64,000 bases of DNA from Escherichia coli (GTDB taxonomy: Bacteria > Pseudomonadota > Gammaproteobacteria > Enterobacterales > Enterobacteriaceae): NCBI RefSeq assembly GCF_017348835.2, contig NZ_CP071375.1, one strand, 5' to 3'. The notes beneath the pieces are model-generated. The model did not search any database. It saw only the letters and a program-made list of their open reading frames with translations, and was not told the origin of the DNA. Position numbers and translations under genes: made by a program. Shown piece by piece: positions 49,518-60,258 of the stretch (positions within the stretch are counted from its first letter, which is position 1; each line of letters starts with the position of its first letter).

Positions 49518-50147
49518 TTAATCGTGTTGGCACAGAGTTATGACTATTTTTTCTTTTATCTGCCAGTGCACAGCAAACATCTCATTCTCACGATGAATGA
49601 TGACCTGCTGTTTATTCCAGCTAATTATCTGATAGTCCAGAAAACCTGCATCAGTTTGGATCTCACTTGCCTTAAATGCGCTCTCTTTGGCGGAAAATGC
49701 CAGTGTCAGCGCCAGAGAAAAGGCTAAACCGCAGTCAGCGAGTCGCTCGTGTTCTGCTGGTGTAATAATGTTGTCTGTCAATTCGGTCGCTGTTTGCGCA
49801 GAAAAAATTTCTTCGATATCAACGCCAATCGGTTGACGGGAAACCACGGCCAATGCCGTAGCCCCGCAGTGGCTAATACTGCCGTATACCTCCGCAGGCC
49901 ACACCGGTTGGCGTAGCTCGCCGATTGCGGGCACACATTTATAGCCATATTCCCGCAAGGCATAAACAGCAGCGATCCGTCCGGCTAAATGCTCCGTTTT
50001 ACGTTTACGTCCAGCGTGTTGCAGTTGTGCGTAGTGCGGCAGCCAGAGTAAATCCTGCTCACAAAAATTCGCCGGATCGAACTCAACAAAATGCAGCGTA
50101 TGTCCGGCAAAGGGGAGGGAGGTATGCGTAGTTTTCATATCGACCAT
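49518..50147 (-). CDS. entD: 4'-phosphopantetheinyl transferase EntD
   Basis: 209 aa from MVDMKTTHTSLPFAGH. Confidence 0.93.
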   Translation of the reverse strand: MVDMKTTHTSLPFAGHTLHFVEFDPANFCEQDLLWLPHYAQLQHAGRKRKTEHLAGRIAAVYALREYGYKCVPAIGELRQPVWPAEVYGSISHCGATALAVVSRQPIGVDIEEIFSAQTATELTDNIITPAEHERLADCGLAFSLALTLAFSAKESAFKASEIQTDAGFLDYQIISWNKQQVIIHRENEMFAVHWQIKEKIVITLCQHD

Positions 50148-50175
50148 ATTCGAGACTGATGACAAACGCAAAACT

Positions 50176-50275
50176 GCCTGATGCGCTACGCTTATCAGGC
50201 CTACGTGGTCCTGCAATATATTGAATTGGCAAGATTTTTGTAGGCCGGATAAGGCGTTCACGCCGCATCCGGCAT
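50176..50275. repeat. Pair of REP elements between entD and fepA
   Basis: gcctgatgcgctacgcttatcaggcctac and gtaggccggataaggcgttcacgccgcatccggca. Confidence 0.85.
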
Positions 50276-50312
50276 GAACGACGCGCACTTTGTCAACAAT
50301 CTGACGTTAGCA

Positions 50313-52553
50313 TCAGAAGTGAGTGTTTACGCTCATATACAACGTACGTCCCGGCTCGTTATAGGTATACGCCCCGGCACCGGCGATATAGTTGGCCCCT
50401 GCCAGATCGCCCGTGGTCTGGGCATTACCCGCACGCCACAAACGTTTGTCGAACAGGTTGTCCACGCCGCCGGTCAGACTGACATTCTTCGTCACATCCC
50501 AGGTCGCGCTCAGACCCACAATGCTGTAAGGACTGATTTCTTTGGTTTCCGGGCCAACCGCTGGCTGACCTTTATAGTTGTACTTCTTCGGCTGCTGCTT
50601 ACCGTACCAGGTGAAGGTCGTTTGCATCGACAAATCTTCTCGTGCCTGCCAGCTCAGCGTTGAGTTCAACGTATACTCCGGGATGATCGACAAACGGTCG
50701 CCCGTGGTTTTGTTTTCACTCTTCAGCATATAAGTGATGTTATTAGTCCACATCACCGTTTCGCTAACCGGTACGTTTAACGATCCTTCCAGACCTTCAA
50801 CCACCGCTTTCGGCACGTTATCCCACTGATAGAGATCGGTGCCGACTGCGTTTTGCCCTACAGCCACATAGCCCGCTTCAATCTTATTGCGATAATCGTT
50901 ACGGAACCAGGTGACGCCCGCCAGCCAGCCGTCGCGTTTGAACTCCAGACCAATCTCTTTGTTGATGCTGGTTTCCGCTTTCAGGTCATCATTACCTTGC
51001 AGATAGCAGCCGCCCGCGCTGGCATAGCAACCCTGACCTTTACTGTAGAGAATGTAGTTCGGGTTAGTCTGGTACAGGCTCGGCGCTTTATAAGCACGGG
51101 CAATGCCCATTTTCAGCGTGAAGTCATCGCCTAAACCTTGCGATATGTTCAGCGCCGGGCTCCAGTTATTGCCAACTATACTGTGATGATCGAAACGCAG
51201 CCCCGGCGTTACGATGGTGCTGTCAGTCAGCTCCATATTGTTTTCGGCAAACAGCGAGAAAATTTCTGCTTTTGAATACGGGCTACGGTCGGTGGCACTC
51301 ACGCCATCAATAGCGCCACCGGTATTCGTTCCGGTCAGTGCCTGGGTGTTGGAACTTAAGTCCTTCATCCGCTGCTGATTCCACTCCGTACCCAGCGTCA
51401 GCGTCTGGTTAACGAGGAAATCAATCGGCAGGTTAACTTCGCTGTGCAGCATCACGTCATCAAGATCGATATCGACGAAATCCTGTGTCGCTTTTTCGTT
51501 AAATTTCCCTTCGGTACCGCCCGCCAGACCTTCCGGAATACGCGAGTTACGGGTGTGTTCGTACTGCACCCAGTTGCTGGTGGTCACGCCGTTATCCCAG
51601 CCACCGTTCCAGGTCAGCGAGTAGTTCTGGCGATACAGGCGGTTGGTTTCATCGCCATATTTCGAGCGAGTGTAAGCGTCAGAGTTGGTGTTCTGGGTAT
51701 CGCCCGCATACAGGTTACCCTGGCGGCTGTAACCCGCTTCCAGTTCGAGTGATTGCAGAGGCGCGAAGTCCCAGCGCACCACGCCATTAATATCTTTGTT
51801 GATCACCCCTTCGCGCCCGGCTGGTAACGTCGTGGCATACGTTCCGGCACGCGCGGACTGATGGCCCTGGTTGATATCCCACGCGTCAGCCTGAGTTTTG
51901 TCGAGGTTGCCATACAAGCGGAAGCTGAATTCGTCGCCCAGCGGACCGGTCAGGCTAAAGTTAGTGCGTTTGGTGGCACCTTCCTCTTTATGTTCTGGCG
52001 CATTGAAATATGCGTCCCAGGAGCCGTGCCACTCGCCGCTGCCTTTTTTGGTAATGATGTTAACCACGCCGCCCGCCGCGCCGTTGCCGTAACGCGCAGC
52101 TGCCGGACCACGCAGAACTTCAATACGTTCAATCATTTCAGGTGGCACCCAGGAAGTATCACCACGGGTATCGCGCTCGCCACGCCAGCCCTGACGCACC
52201 GAGTTACGGCTGCTTACCGGTTTGCCGTCAATCAAAATTAGCGTGTTTTCCGGACCCATGCCGCGAATATCAATCTGTCGGTTATTCCCACGCTGACCAC
52301 TGGTGGAGTTACCGGTCAGGTTAACGCCTGGCATGGTACGGATGATCTCCGACACATCGCGGGCAACCGGGTTTTTGCGGATTTCATCTGCGGTGATGGT
52401 CGAAACGCCAGGCGCCTGTAAGTTCTGCTCGGCGGCGGTAACGACAATAGTATCGTCATGTGAAACAGGAGTATCGGTCGGCTCTTGTGCCTGCGCTACC
52501 CCATAAATCCCCAGATTGACCAACAAGGCCAGGGAATGAATCTTCTTGTTCAT
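50313..52553 (-). CDS. fepA: TonB-dependent ferric enterobactin receptor FepA
   Basis: 746 aa from MNKKIHSLALLVNLGIYGVAQA; ends ...YMSVNTHF. Confidence 0.95.
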   Translation of the reverse strand: MNKKIHSLALLVNLGIYGVAQAQEPTDTPVSHDDTIVVTAAEQNLQAPGVSTITADEIRKNPVARDVSEIIRTMPGVNLTGNSTSGQRGNNRQIDIRGMGPENTLILIDGKPVSSRNSVRQGWRGERDTRGDTSWVPPEMIERIEVLRGPAAARYGNGAAGGVVNIITKKGSGEWHGSWDAYFNAPEHKEEGATKRTNFSLTGPLGDEFSFRLYGNLDKTQADAWDINQGHQSARAGTYATTLPAGREGVINKDINGVVRWDFAPLQSLELEAGYSRQGNLYAGDTQNTNSDAYTRSKYGDETNRLYRQNYSLTWNGGWDNGVTTSNWVQYEHTRNSRIPEGLAGGTEGKFNEKATQDFVDIDLDDVMLHSEVNLPIDFLVNQTLTLGTEWNQQRMKDLSSNTQALTGTNTGGAIDGVSATDRSPYSKAEIFSLFAENNMELTDSTIVTPGLRFDHHSIVGNNWSPALNISQGLGDDFTLKMGIARAYKAPSLYQTNPNYILYSKGQGCYASAGGCYLQGNDDLKAETSINKEIGLEFKRDGWLAGVTWFRNDYRNKIEAGYVAVGQNAVGTDLYQWDNVPKAVVEGLEGSLNVPVSETVMWTNNITYMLKSENKTTGDRLSIIPEYTLNSTLSWQAREDLSMQTTFTWYGKQQPKKYNYKGQPAVGPETKEISPYSIVGLSATWDVTKNVSLTGGVDNLFDKRLWRAGNAQTTGDLAGANYIAGAGAYTYNEPGRTLYMSVNTHF

Positions 52554-52711
52554 TGTTTTATTCCTGCATTTTTGCCACGAATTGCAACTGTCGGGCATGG
52601 TCGTCATCAACACGACGCATCCCGCTACCGCGAAAACCTTTGATCCTGAAAGACACGCAGTGCAGTTGGTTAATTAATGTCCGCGCTTCCCACGGCGCGC
52701 CATTACGCTAT

Positions 52712-52748
52712 TGCAAATGCAAATAGTTATCAATAATATTATCAATAT
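52712..52748. promoter_or_regulatory. Fur box region in the fepA-fes divergent promoter
   Basis: tgcaaatgcaaatagttatcaataatattatcaatat, overlapping GATAAT-like hexamers. Confidence 0.7.
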
Positions 52749-52795
52749 ATTTCTGCAATCAATGAAAAATTGCACAGTAAACATGGGGTTATGGT

Positions 52796-53998
52796 GTGAC
52801 GGCGTTAAAAGTAGGAAGTGAGAGCTGGTGGCAGTCGAAACATGGCCCGGAATGGCAGCGTCTGAATGACGAAATGTTTGAGGTCACTTTCTGGTGGCGT
52901 GATCCCCAAGGTTCTGAAGAATACTCGACGATAAAGCGCGTATGGGTCTACATCACTGGTGTGACCGATCACCATCAGAACAGCCAGCCCCAGTCGATGC
53001 AGCGAATTGCAGGCACTAACGTCTGGCAGTGGACGACACAACTCAATGCCAACTGGCGCGGCAGCTACTGCTTTATTCCCACCGAACGCGATGACATTTT
53101 TTCTACACCATCCCCCGATCGCCTCGAATTACGTGAAGGCTGGCGAAAACTATTACCCCAGGCGATAGCCGATCCGCTGAATCCACAAAGCTGGAAAGGC
53201 GGGCGAGGGCACGCTGTTTCTGCACTCGAAATGCCGCAAGCGCCTCTGCAACCGGGATGGGATTGTCCGCAAGCGCCAGAAATACCAGCCAAAGAAATTA
53301 TCTGGAAAAGTGAACGGTTGAAAAATTCACGTCGTGTATGGATTTTTACCACCGGCGATGTAACAGCAGAAGAACGCCCGCTGGCAGTTTTGCTCGATGG
53401 CGAATTTTGGGCGCAAAGTATGCCCGTCTGGCCTGTGCTGACTTCGCTGACCCATCGTCAGCAACTTCCTCCCGCCGTGTATGTGTTGATCGACGCTATC
53501 GATACCACGCACCGCGCCCACGAACTGCCGTGTAATGCGGATTTCTGGCTCGCAGTACAGCAAGAGTTATTACCCCTGGTGAAAGCTATTGCCCCTTTTA
53601 GCGATCGTGCCGATCGCACCGTGGTTGCCGGGCAGAGTTTTGGTGGGCTTTCCGCGCTGTATGCCGGACTGCACTGGCCTGAACGCTTTGGCTGTGTATT
53701 AAGCCAGTCAGGATCGTACTGGTGGCCGCATCGGGGCGGGCAGCAAGAGGGCGTGTTACTTGAAAAGCTAAAAGCTGGTGAAGTTAGCGCCGAAGGTCTG
53801 CGCATTGTGCTGGAAGCGGGTATTCGCGAGCCGATGATCATGCGGGCCAATCAGGCGCTGTATGCGCAATTACACCCCATAAAAGAATCCATTTTCTGGC
53901 GTCAGGTTGACGGCGGACATGATGCGCTTTGTTGGCGCGGTGGCTTGATGCAGGGGCTAATCGACCTCTGGCAACCACTTTTCCATGACAGGAGTTGA
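52796..53998 (+). CDS. fes: Enterochelin esterase Fes
   Basis: 400 aa from GTG, MTALKVGSESWWQSKHGPEW. Confidence 0.93.
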   Translation: MTALKVGSESWWQSKHGPEWQRLNDEMFEVTFWWRDPQGSEEYSTIKRVWVYITGVTDHHQNSQPQSMQRIAGTNVWQWTTQLNANWRGSYCFIPTERDDIFSTPSPDRLELREGWRKLLPQAIADPLNPQSWKGGRGHAVSALEMPQAPLQPGWDCPQAPEIPAKEIIWKSERLKNSRRVWIFTTGDVTAEERPLAVLLDGEFWAQSMPVWPVLTSLTHRQQLPPAVYVLIDAIDTTHRAHELPCNADFWLAVQQELLPLVKAIAPFSDRADRTVVAGQSFGGLSALYAGLHWPERFGCVLSQSGSYWWPHRGGQQEGVLLEKLKAGEVSAEGLRIVLEAGIREPMIMRANQALYAQLHPIKESIFWRQVDGGHDALCWRGGLMQGLIDLWQPLFHDRS

Positions 53999-54000
53999 AT

Positions 54001-54219
54001 ATGGCATTCAGTAATCCCTTCGATGATCCGCAGGGAGCGTTTTACATATTGCGCAATGCGCAGGGGCAATTCAGTCTGTGGCCGCAACAATGCGTCTTAC
54101 CGGCAGGCTGGGACATTGTGTGTCAGCCGCAGTCACAGGCGTCCTGCCAGCAGTGGCTGGAAGCCCACTGGCGTACTCTGACACCGACGAATTTTACCCA
54201 GTTGCAGGAGGCACAATGA
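54001..54219 (+). CDS. ybdZ: MbtH-like protein YbdZ
   Basis: 72 aa from MAFSNPFDDPQGAFYILRNAQGQFSLWP. Confidence 0.9.
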   Translation: MAFSNPFDDPQGAFYILRNAQGQFSLWPQQCVLPAGWDIVCQPQSQASCQQWLEAHWRTLTPTNFTQLQEAQ

Positions 54220-57200
54220 GCCAGCATTTACCTTTGGTCGCCGCACAGCCCGGCATCTGGATGGCAGAAAAACTGTCAGAATTACCCTCCGCCTGGAGCG
54301 TGGCGCATTACGTTGAGTTAACCGGAGAGGTTGATGCGCCATTACTGGCCCGCGCGGTGGTTGCCGGACTAGCGCAAGCAGATACGCTGCGGATGCGTTT
54401 TACGGAAGATAACGGCGAAGTCTGGCAGTGGGTCGATGATGCGCTGATATTCGAACTGCCAGAAATTATCGACCTGCGATCCAATATTGATCCGCACGGT
54501 ACTGCGCAGGCATTAATGCAGGCGGATTTGCAACAAGATTTGCGCGTCGATAGCGGTAAACCACTGGTCTTTCATCAACTGATACAGGTGGCAGATAACC
54601 GCTGGTACTGGTATCAGCGTTACCACCATTTGCTGGTCGATGGCTTCAGTTTCCCGGCCATTACCCGCCAGATCGCCAATATTTACTGCGCATTGCTGCG
54701 TGGCGAACCAACGCCTGCTTCGCCGTTTACGCCTTTCGCTGATGTAGTGGAAGAGTACCAGCAATACCGCGAAAGCGAAGCCTGGCAGCGTGATGCGGCA
54801 TTCTGGGTGGAACAACGTCGTCAACTGCCGCCGCCCGCGTCACTTTCTCCGGCACCTTTACCGGGGCGCAGCGCTTCGGCAGATATTCTGCGCCTGAAAC
54901 TGGAATTTACTGACGGGGAATTCCGCCAGCTGGCTACGCAACTTTCAGGTGTGCAGCGTACCGATTTAGCCCTTGCGCTGGCGGCTTTGTGGCTGGGGCG
55001 ATTGTGCAACCGCATGGACTACGCTGCCGGATTTATCTTTATGCGTCGACTGGGCTCGGCGGCGCTGACGGCTACCGGACCCGTGCTCAACGTTATGCCG
55101 TTGGGTATTCACATTGCGGCGCAAGAAACGCTGCCGGAACTGGCAACCCGACTGGCAGCACAACTGAAAAAAATGCGTCGTCATCAACGTTACGATGCCG
55201 AACAAATTGTCCGTGACAGCGGGCGAGCGGCAGGTGATGAACCGCTGTTTGGTCCGGTACTCAATATCAAGGTATTTGATTACCAACTGGATATTCCTGA
55301 TGTTCAGGCGCAAACCCATACCCTGGCAACCGGTCCGGTTAATGACCTTGAACTGGCCCTGTTCCCGGATGAACACGGTGATTTGAGTATTGAGATCCTC
55401 GCCAATAAACAGCGTTACGATGAGCCAACGTTAATCCAGCATGCTGAACGCCTGAAAATGCTGATTGCCCAGTTCGCCGCGGATCCGGCGCTGTTGTGCG
55501 GCGATGTCGATATTATGCTGCCAGGTGAGTATGCGCAGCTGGCGCAGATCAACGCCACTCAGGTTGAGATTCCAGAAACCACGCTGAGCGCGCTGGTGGC
55601 AGAACAAGCGGCAAAAACACCGGATGCTCCGGCGCTGGCAGATGAGCGTTACCAGTTCAGCTATCGGGAAATGCGCGAGCAGGTGGTGGCGCTGGCGAAT
55701 CTGCTGCGTGAGCGCGGCGTTAAACCGGGCGACAGCGTGGCGGTGGCGCTACCGCGCTCGGTCTTTTTGACCCTGGCGCTACATGCGATTGTTGAAGCAG
55801 GTGCGGCCTGGTTACCGCTGGATACCGGCTATCCGGACGATCGCCTGAAAATGATGCTGGAAGATGCGCGTCCGTCGCTGTTAATCACCACCGACGATCA
55901 ACTGCCGCGCTTTGTTGATGTTCCAGATTTAACCAGCCTTTGCTATAACGCCCCGCTTACACCGCAGGGCAGTGCGCCGCTGCAACTTTCACAACCGCAT
56001 CACACGGCTTATATCATCTTTACCTCTGGCTCCACCGGCAGGCCGAAAGGGGTAATGGTCGGGCAGACGGCTATCGTCAACCGCCTGTTGTGGATGCAAA
56101 ATCATTATCCACTTACAGGCGAAGATGTCGTTGCCCAAAAAACGCCGTGCAGTTTTGATGTCTCGGTGTGGGAGTTTTTCTGGCCGTTTATTGCCGGGGC
56201 TAAACTGGTGATGGCTGAACCGGAAGCGCACCGCGACCCGCTCGCTATGCAGCAATTCTTTGCCGAATATGGCGTAACGACCACGCACTTTGTGCCGTCG
56301 ATGCTGGCGGCATTTGTTGCCTCGCTGACGCCGCAAACCGCTCGCCAGAGTTGCGCGACGTTGAAACAGGTTTTCTGTAGTGGTGAGGCCTTACCGGCTG
56401 ATTTATGCCGCGAATGGCAACAGTTAACCAGCGTGCCGTTGCATAATCTATATGGCCCGACGGAAGCGGCGGTAGATGTCAGCTGGTATCCGGCTTTTGG
56501 CGAGGAACTGGCACAGGTGCGCGGCAGCAGTGTGCCGATTGGTTATCCGGTATGGAATACGGGTCTGCGTATTCTTGATGCGATGATGCATCCGGTGCCG
56601 CCGGGTGTGGCGGGAGATCTCTATCTCACCGGTATTCAACTGGCGCAGGGGTATCTTGGACGACCCGATCTGACCGCCAGCCGTTTTATTGCCGATCCTT
56701 TTGCCCCAGGTGAACGGATGTATCGTACCGGAGACGTTGCCCGCTGGCTGGATAACGGCGCGGTGGAGTACCTCGGGCGCAGTGACGATCAGCTAAAAAT
56801 TCGCGGGCAGCGTATCGAACTGGGCGAAATCGATCGCGTGATGCAGGCGCTGCCGGATGTCGAACAAGCCGTTACCCACGCCTGTGTGATTAACCAGGCG
56901 GCAGCCACCGGTGGTGATGCGCGTCAGTTGGTGGGCTATCTGGTGTCGCAATCAGGTCTGCCGTTGGATACCAGCGCATTACAGGCACAGCTTCGCGAAA
57001 CATTGTCGCCGCATATGGTGCCGGTCGTTCTGCTGCAACTTCCACAGTTACCTCTTAGCGCCAACGGCAAGCTGGATCGCAAAGCCTTACCGTTGCCTGA
57101 ACTTAAGGCACAAACGCCGGGGCGTGCGCCGAAAGCGGGCAGTGAAACGATTATCGCTGCGGCATTCGCGTCGTTGCTGGGTTGTGACGTGCAGGATGCC

Positions 57201-58097
57201 GATGCTGATTTCTTCGCGCTTGGCGGTCATTCGCTACTGGCAATGAAACTGGCAGCGCAGTTAAGTCGACAGTTTGCTCGTCAGGTGACGCCGGGGCAGG
57301 TGATGGTCGCGTCAACTGTCGCCAAACTGGCAACGATTATTGATGGTGAAGAGGACAGCGCCCGGCGCATGGGATTCGAAACCATTCTGCCGTTGCGTGA
57401 AGGTAATGGCCCGACGCTGTTTTGTTTCCACCCGGCATCCGGTTTTGCCTGGCAGTTCAGCGTGCTCTCGCGTTATCTCGATCCACTATGGTCGATTATC
57501 GGCATTCAGTCGCCGCGCCCTCATGGCCCCATGCAGACAGCGACGAACCTGGATGAAGTCTGCGAAGCGCATCTGGCAACGTTACTTGAACAACAACCGC
57601 ACGGCCCTTATTACCTGCTGGGGTATTCCCTTGGCGGTACGCTGGCGCAGGGCATTGCGGCGCGACTACGTGCCCGTGGCGAACAGGTGGCATTTCTTGG
57701 CTTGCTGGATACCTGGCCGCCAGAAACGCAAAACTGGCAGGAAAAAGAAGCTAATGGTCTGGACCCGGAAGTGCTGGCGGAGATTAACCGCGAGCGCGAG
57801 GCCTTCCTGGCGGCACAGCAGGGAAGTACTTCAACGGAGTTGTTTACCACCATTGAAGGCAACTACGCTGATGCTGTGCGCCTGCTGACGACTGCTCATA
57901 GCGTACCGTTTGACGGTAAAGCGACGTTGTTTGTTGCTGAACGCACGCTTCAGGGAGGTATGAGTCCTGAACGCGCCTGGTCGCCGTGGATTGCGGAGCT
58001 GGATATCTATCGTCAGGATTGTGCGCATGTGGATATTATCTCTCCAGGGGCATTTGAAAAAATTGGGCCGATTATTCGCGCAACGCTAAACAGATAA
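54216..58097 (+). CDS. entF: Enterobactin non-ribosomal peptide synthetase EntF (C-A-PCP-TE)
   Basis: 1293 aa from MSQHLPLVAAQPGIWMAEKL; motifs HHLLVDG, FTSGSTGRPKGV, YGPTE, YRTGD, GRSDDQLKIRG, FFALGGHSL, GYSLGG. Confidence 0.95.
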   Translation: MSQHLPLVAAQPGIWMAEKLSELPSAWSVAHYVELTGEVDAPLLARAVVAGLAQADTLRMRFTEDNGEVWQWVDDALIFELPEIIDLRSNIDPHGTAQALMQADLQQDLRVDSGKPLVFHQLIQVADNRWYWYQRYHHLLVDGFSFPAITRQIANIYCALLRGEPTPASPFTPFADVVEEYQQYRESEAWQRDAAFWVEQRRQLPPPASLSPAPLPGRSASADILRLKLEFTDGEFRQLATQLSGVQRTDLALALAALWLGRLCNRMDYAAGFIFMRRLGSAALTATGPVLNVMPLGIHIAAQETLPELATRLAAQLKKMRRHQRYDAEQIVRDSGRAAGDEPLFGPVLNIKVFDYQLDIPDVQAQTHTLATGPVNDLELALFPDEHGDLSIEILANKQRYDEPTLIQHAERLKMLIAQFAADPALLCGDVDIMLPGEYAQLAQINATQVEIPETTLSALVAEQAAKTPDAPALADERYQFSYREMREQVVALANLLRERGVKPGDSVAVALPRSVFLTLALHAIVEAGAAWLPLDTGYPDDRLKMMLEDARPSLLITTDDQLPRFVDVPDLTSLCYNAPLTPQGSAPLQLSQPHHTAYIIFTSGSTGRPKGVMVGQTAIVNRLLWMQNHYPLTGEDVVAQKTPCSFDVSVWEFFWPFIAGAKLVMAEPEAHRDPLAMQQFFAEYGVTTTHFVPSMLAAFVASLTPQTARQSCATLKQVFCSGEALPADLCREWQQLTSVPLHNLYGPTEAAVDVSWYPAFGEELAQVRGSSVPIGYPVWNTGLRILDAMMHPVPPGVAGDLYLTGIQLAQGYLGRPDLTASRFIADPFAPGERMYRTGDVARWLDNGAVEYLGRSDDQLKIRGQRIELGEIDRVMQALPDVEQAVTHACVINQAAATGGDARQLVGYLVSQSGLPLDTSALQAQLRETLSPHMVPVVLLQLPQLPLSANGKLDRKALPLPELKAQTPGRAPKAGSETIIAAAFASLLGCDVQDADADFFALGGHSLLAMKLAAQLSRQFARQVTPGQVMVASTVAKLATIIDGEEDSARRMGFETILPLREGNGPTLFCFHPASGFAWQFSVLSRYLDPLWSIIGIQSPRPHGPMQTATNLDEVCEAHLATLLEQQPHGPYYLLGYSLGGTLAQGIAARLRARGEQVAFLGLLDTWPPETQNWQEKEANGLDPEVLAEINREREAFLAAQQGSTSTELFTTIEGNYADAVRLLTTAHSVPFDGKATLFVAERTLQGGMSPERAWSPWIAELDIYRQDCAHVDIISPGAFEKIGPIIRATLNR

Positions 58098-58112
58098 ATT
58101 AACATTATCTAT

Positions 58113-58145
58113 AAACCCATAATTGCAGGAAATAATTATGGGTTT
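58113..58145 (+). terminator. Hairpin downstream of entF
   Basis: aaacccataatt-gcaggaaat-aattatgggttt in an AT-rich tract. Confidence 0.55.
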
Positions 58146-58312
58146 ATCATTTATTTAATTTATAAGGTTGCTGGTTATTTTTCTTAAATAGAGTGAATGT
58201 TGCATTCAGTGGAATGAATTTACAAACTTCAGCTTCGGATAATTCTCACCAACTGGTAAAGTGAGCGCCGTGGAGATTTCCCCCTATTGGACTCATTTTC
58301 AGGTTATACCCC

Positions 58313-59446
58313 ATGTCATCACTGAATATTAAACAGGGAAGTGACGCTCATTTTCCCGATTATCCTCTGGCGTCGCCCAGTAATAATGAAATTGATTTAC
58401 TTAATCTAATCTCAGTTTTATGGCGGGCCAAAAAAACGGTCATGGCGGTCGTTTTTGCGTTTGCCTGCGCAGGCTTGCTGATCTCTTTCATCCTGCCGCA
58501 AAAATGGACCAGCGCGGCGGTTGTCACGCCTCCAGAACCTGTTCAGTGGCAAGAGTTGGAGAAAACATTCACTAAGCTTCGTGTGCTGGATCTGGATATC
58601 AAAATTGATCGTACAGAAGCATTTAACCTGTTTATCAAGAAGTTTCAGTCGGTTAGCTTGCTGGAAGAGTACCTGCGTTCATCACCTTATGTGATGGACC
58701 AATTAAAAGAGGCGAAAATCGACGAACTGGATTTGCATCGCGCTATTGTCGCATTGAGCGAAAAAATGAAAGCGGTTGATGACAATGCCAGTAAGAAAAA
58801 AGATGAACCGTCACTGTATACCTCCTGGACGCTAAGTTTTACCGCGCCAACCAGTGAAGAGGCGCAGACCGTTTTGAGCGGGTATATCGATTATATCTCT
58901 GCGTTGGTGGTGAAAGAGTCGATAGAAAACGTCCGTAATAAACTGGAGATCAAAACCCAGTTTGAAAAAGAAAAACTGGCTCAGGACCGCATTAAAATGA
59001 AAAATCAACTTGATGCAAACATTCAGCGCCTCAATTATTCACTCGACATTGCCAACGCGGCAGGAATTAAAAAGCCCGTTTACAGTAATGGTCAGGCCGT
59101 TAAAGATGACCCCGATTTCTCTATTTCTCTCGGCGCAGACGGTATTGAACGCAAACTGGAAATTGAAAAAGCGGTCACTGACGTTGCGGAACTGAACGGT
59201 GAATTACGTAATCGTCAGTATCTTGTTGAGCAGTTAACAAAAGCAAATATCAACGATGTGAATTTTACGCCGTTTAAATATCAGTTAAGCCCGTCATTGC
59301 CAGTGAAAAAAGACGGTCCGGGTAAGGCGATTATTGTGATCCTTTCCGCGCTGATCGGCGGGATGGTGGCTTGTGGTAGCGTGTTATTGCGCTATGCGAT
59401 GGCATCCAGAAAGCAGGATGCCATGATGGCAGACCACTTAGTTTAA
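58313..59446 (+). CDS. fepE: Polysaccharide co-polymerase-like chain length regulator FepE
   Basis: 377 aa with N- and C-terminal TM segments. Confidence 0.92.
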   Translation: MSSLNIKQGSDAHFPDYPLASPSNNEIDLLNLISVLWRAKKTVMAVVFAFACAGLLISFILPQKWTSAAVVTPPEPVQWQELEKTFTKLRVLDLDIKIDRTEAFNLFIKKFQSVSLLEEYLRSSPYVMDQLKEAKIDELDLHRAIVALSEKMKAVDDNASKKKDEPSLYTSWTLSFTAPTSEEAQTVLSGYIDYISALVVKESIENVRNKLEIKTQFEKEKLAQDRIKMKNQLDANIQRLNYSLDIANAAGIKKPVYSNGQAVKDDPDFSISLGADGIERKLEIEKAVTDVAELNGELRNRQYLVEQLTKANINDVNFTPFKYQLSPSLPVKKDGPGKAIIVILSALIGGMVACGSVLLRYAMASRKQDAMMADHLV

Positions 59447-60258
59447 CTATTTGCGGTTGAAGGTGCCGTTCGTCCGAGCGGCACCACAAGCGGCGTTCCG
59501 GCTACCGGATCGTCAATGATCATGCATCGCAGACCATAAATGCGCTCAATCAGTTCAGCAGTGACAATCTCCTTCGGCGCTCCCTGAGCAACAATTTTCC
59601 CTTCTCGCAATGCAATCAAATGGCTGGCGTAACGACAGGCCTGATTAAGATCGTGCAGCACCGCCGCCAGGGTATAGCCTTTCTCGCGGTTCAGTTCGCT
59701 TAACAGTTCCAGCAAATCAATCTGATGACTGATATCCAGCCAGGTCGTGGGTTCGTCGAGCAGCATAATTGCCGTTTCCTGGGCCAGCACCATCGCGATC
59801 CACGCGCGCTGGCGTTGTCCGCCAGAAAGGGTATCCACGCTTTGATCTGCCAGATGAGTTATTCCCGTGGCCTGCATCGCTTTCGTTACCGCTTCTTCAT
59901 CTTCTTTGCGCCAGCGGGTAAACAGCGGTTGATGCGGATAACGCCCACGCGCCACCAGCTCCTGCACGGTGATATCACCCGGCGTGGTAGCATTTTGCGC
60001 CAACAGACCAATCCGCCGGGCAACTTCTTTACTGGCGTAATGTTGAATGTGCTCGCCATCCAGCCAGACATGCCCGTGAGCAGGCGTCATCAGGCGGCTT
60101 AAGGTACGCAGCAACGTGGATTTACCGCAGCCATTTGGCCCGATAATTGCCGTGAAGTGACCATCAGGTATTTCTACAGTCAGATTTTCCGCAACGGTAT
60201 ATTTGCCATATCCCAGGGTTAACTGTTCGCCGCGCAAACGGGCTACTGATTCGGTCAT
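59443..60258 (-). CDS. fepC: Ferric enterobactin ABC transporter ATPase FepC
   Basis: 271 aa from MTESVARLRGE; Walker A GPNGCGKST, signature LSGGQRQR. Confidence 0.95.
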   Translation of the reverse strand: MTESVARLRGEQLTLGYGKYTVAENLTVEIPDGHFTAIIGPNGCGKSTLLRTLSRLMTPAHGHVWLDGEHIQHYASKEVARRIGLLAQNATTPGDITVQELVARGRYPHQPLFTRWRKEDEEAVTKAMQATGITHLADQSVDTLSGGQRQRAWIAMVLAQETAIMLLDEPTTWLDISHQIDLLELLSELNREKGYTLAAVLHDLNQACRYASHLIALREGKIVAQGAPKEIVTAELIERIYGLRCMIIDDPVAGTPLVVPLGRTAPSTANS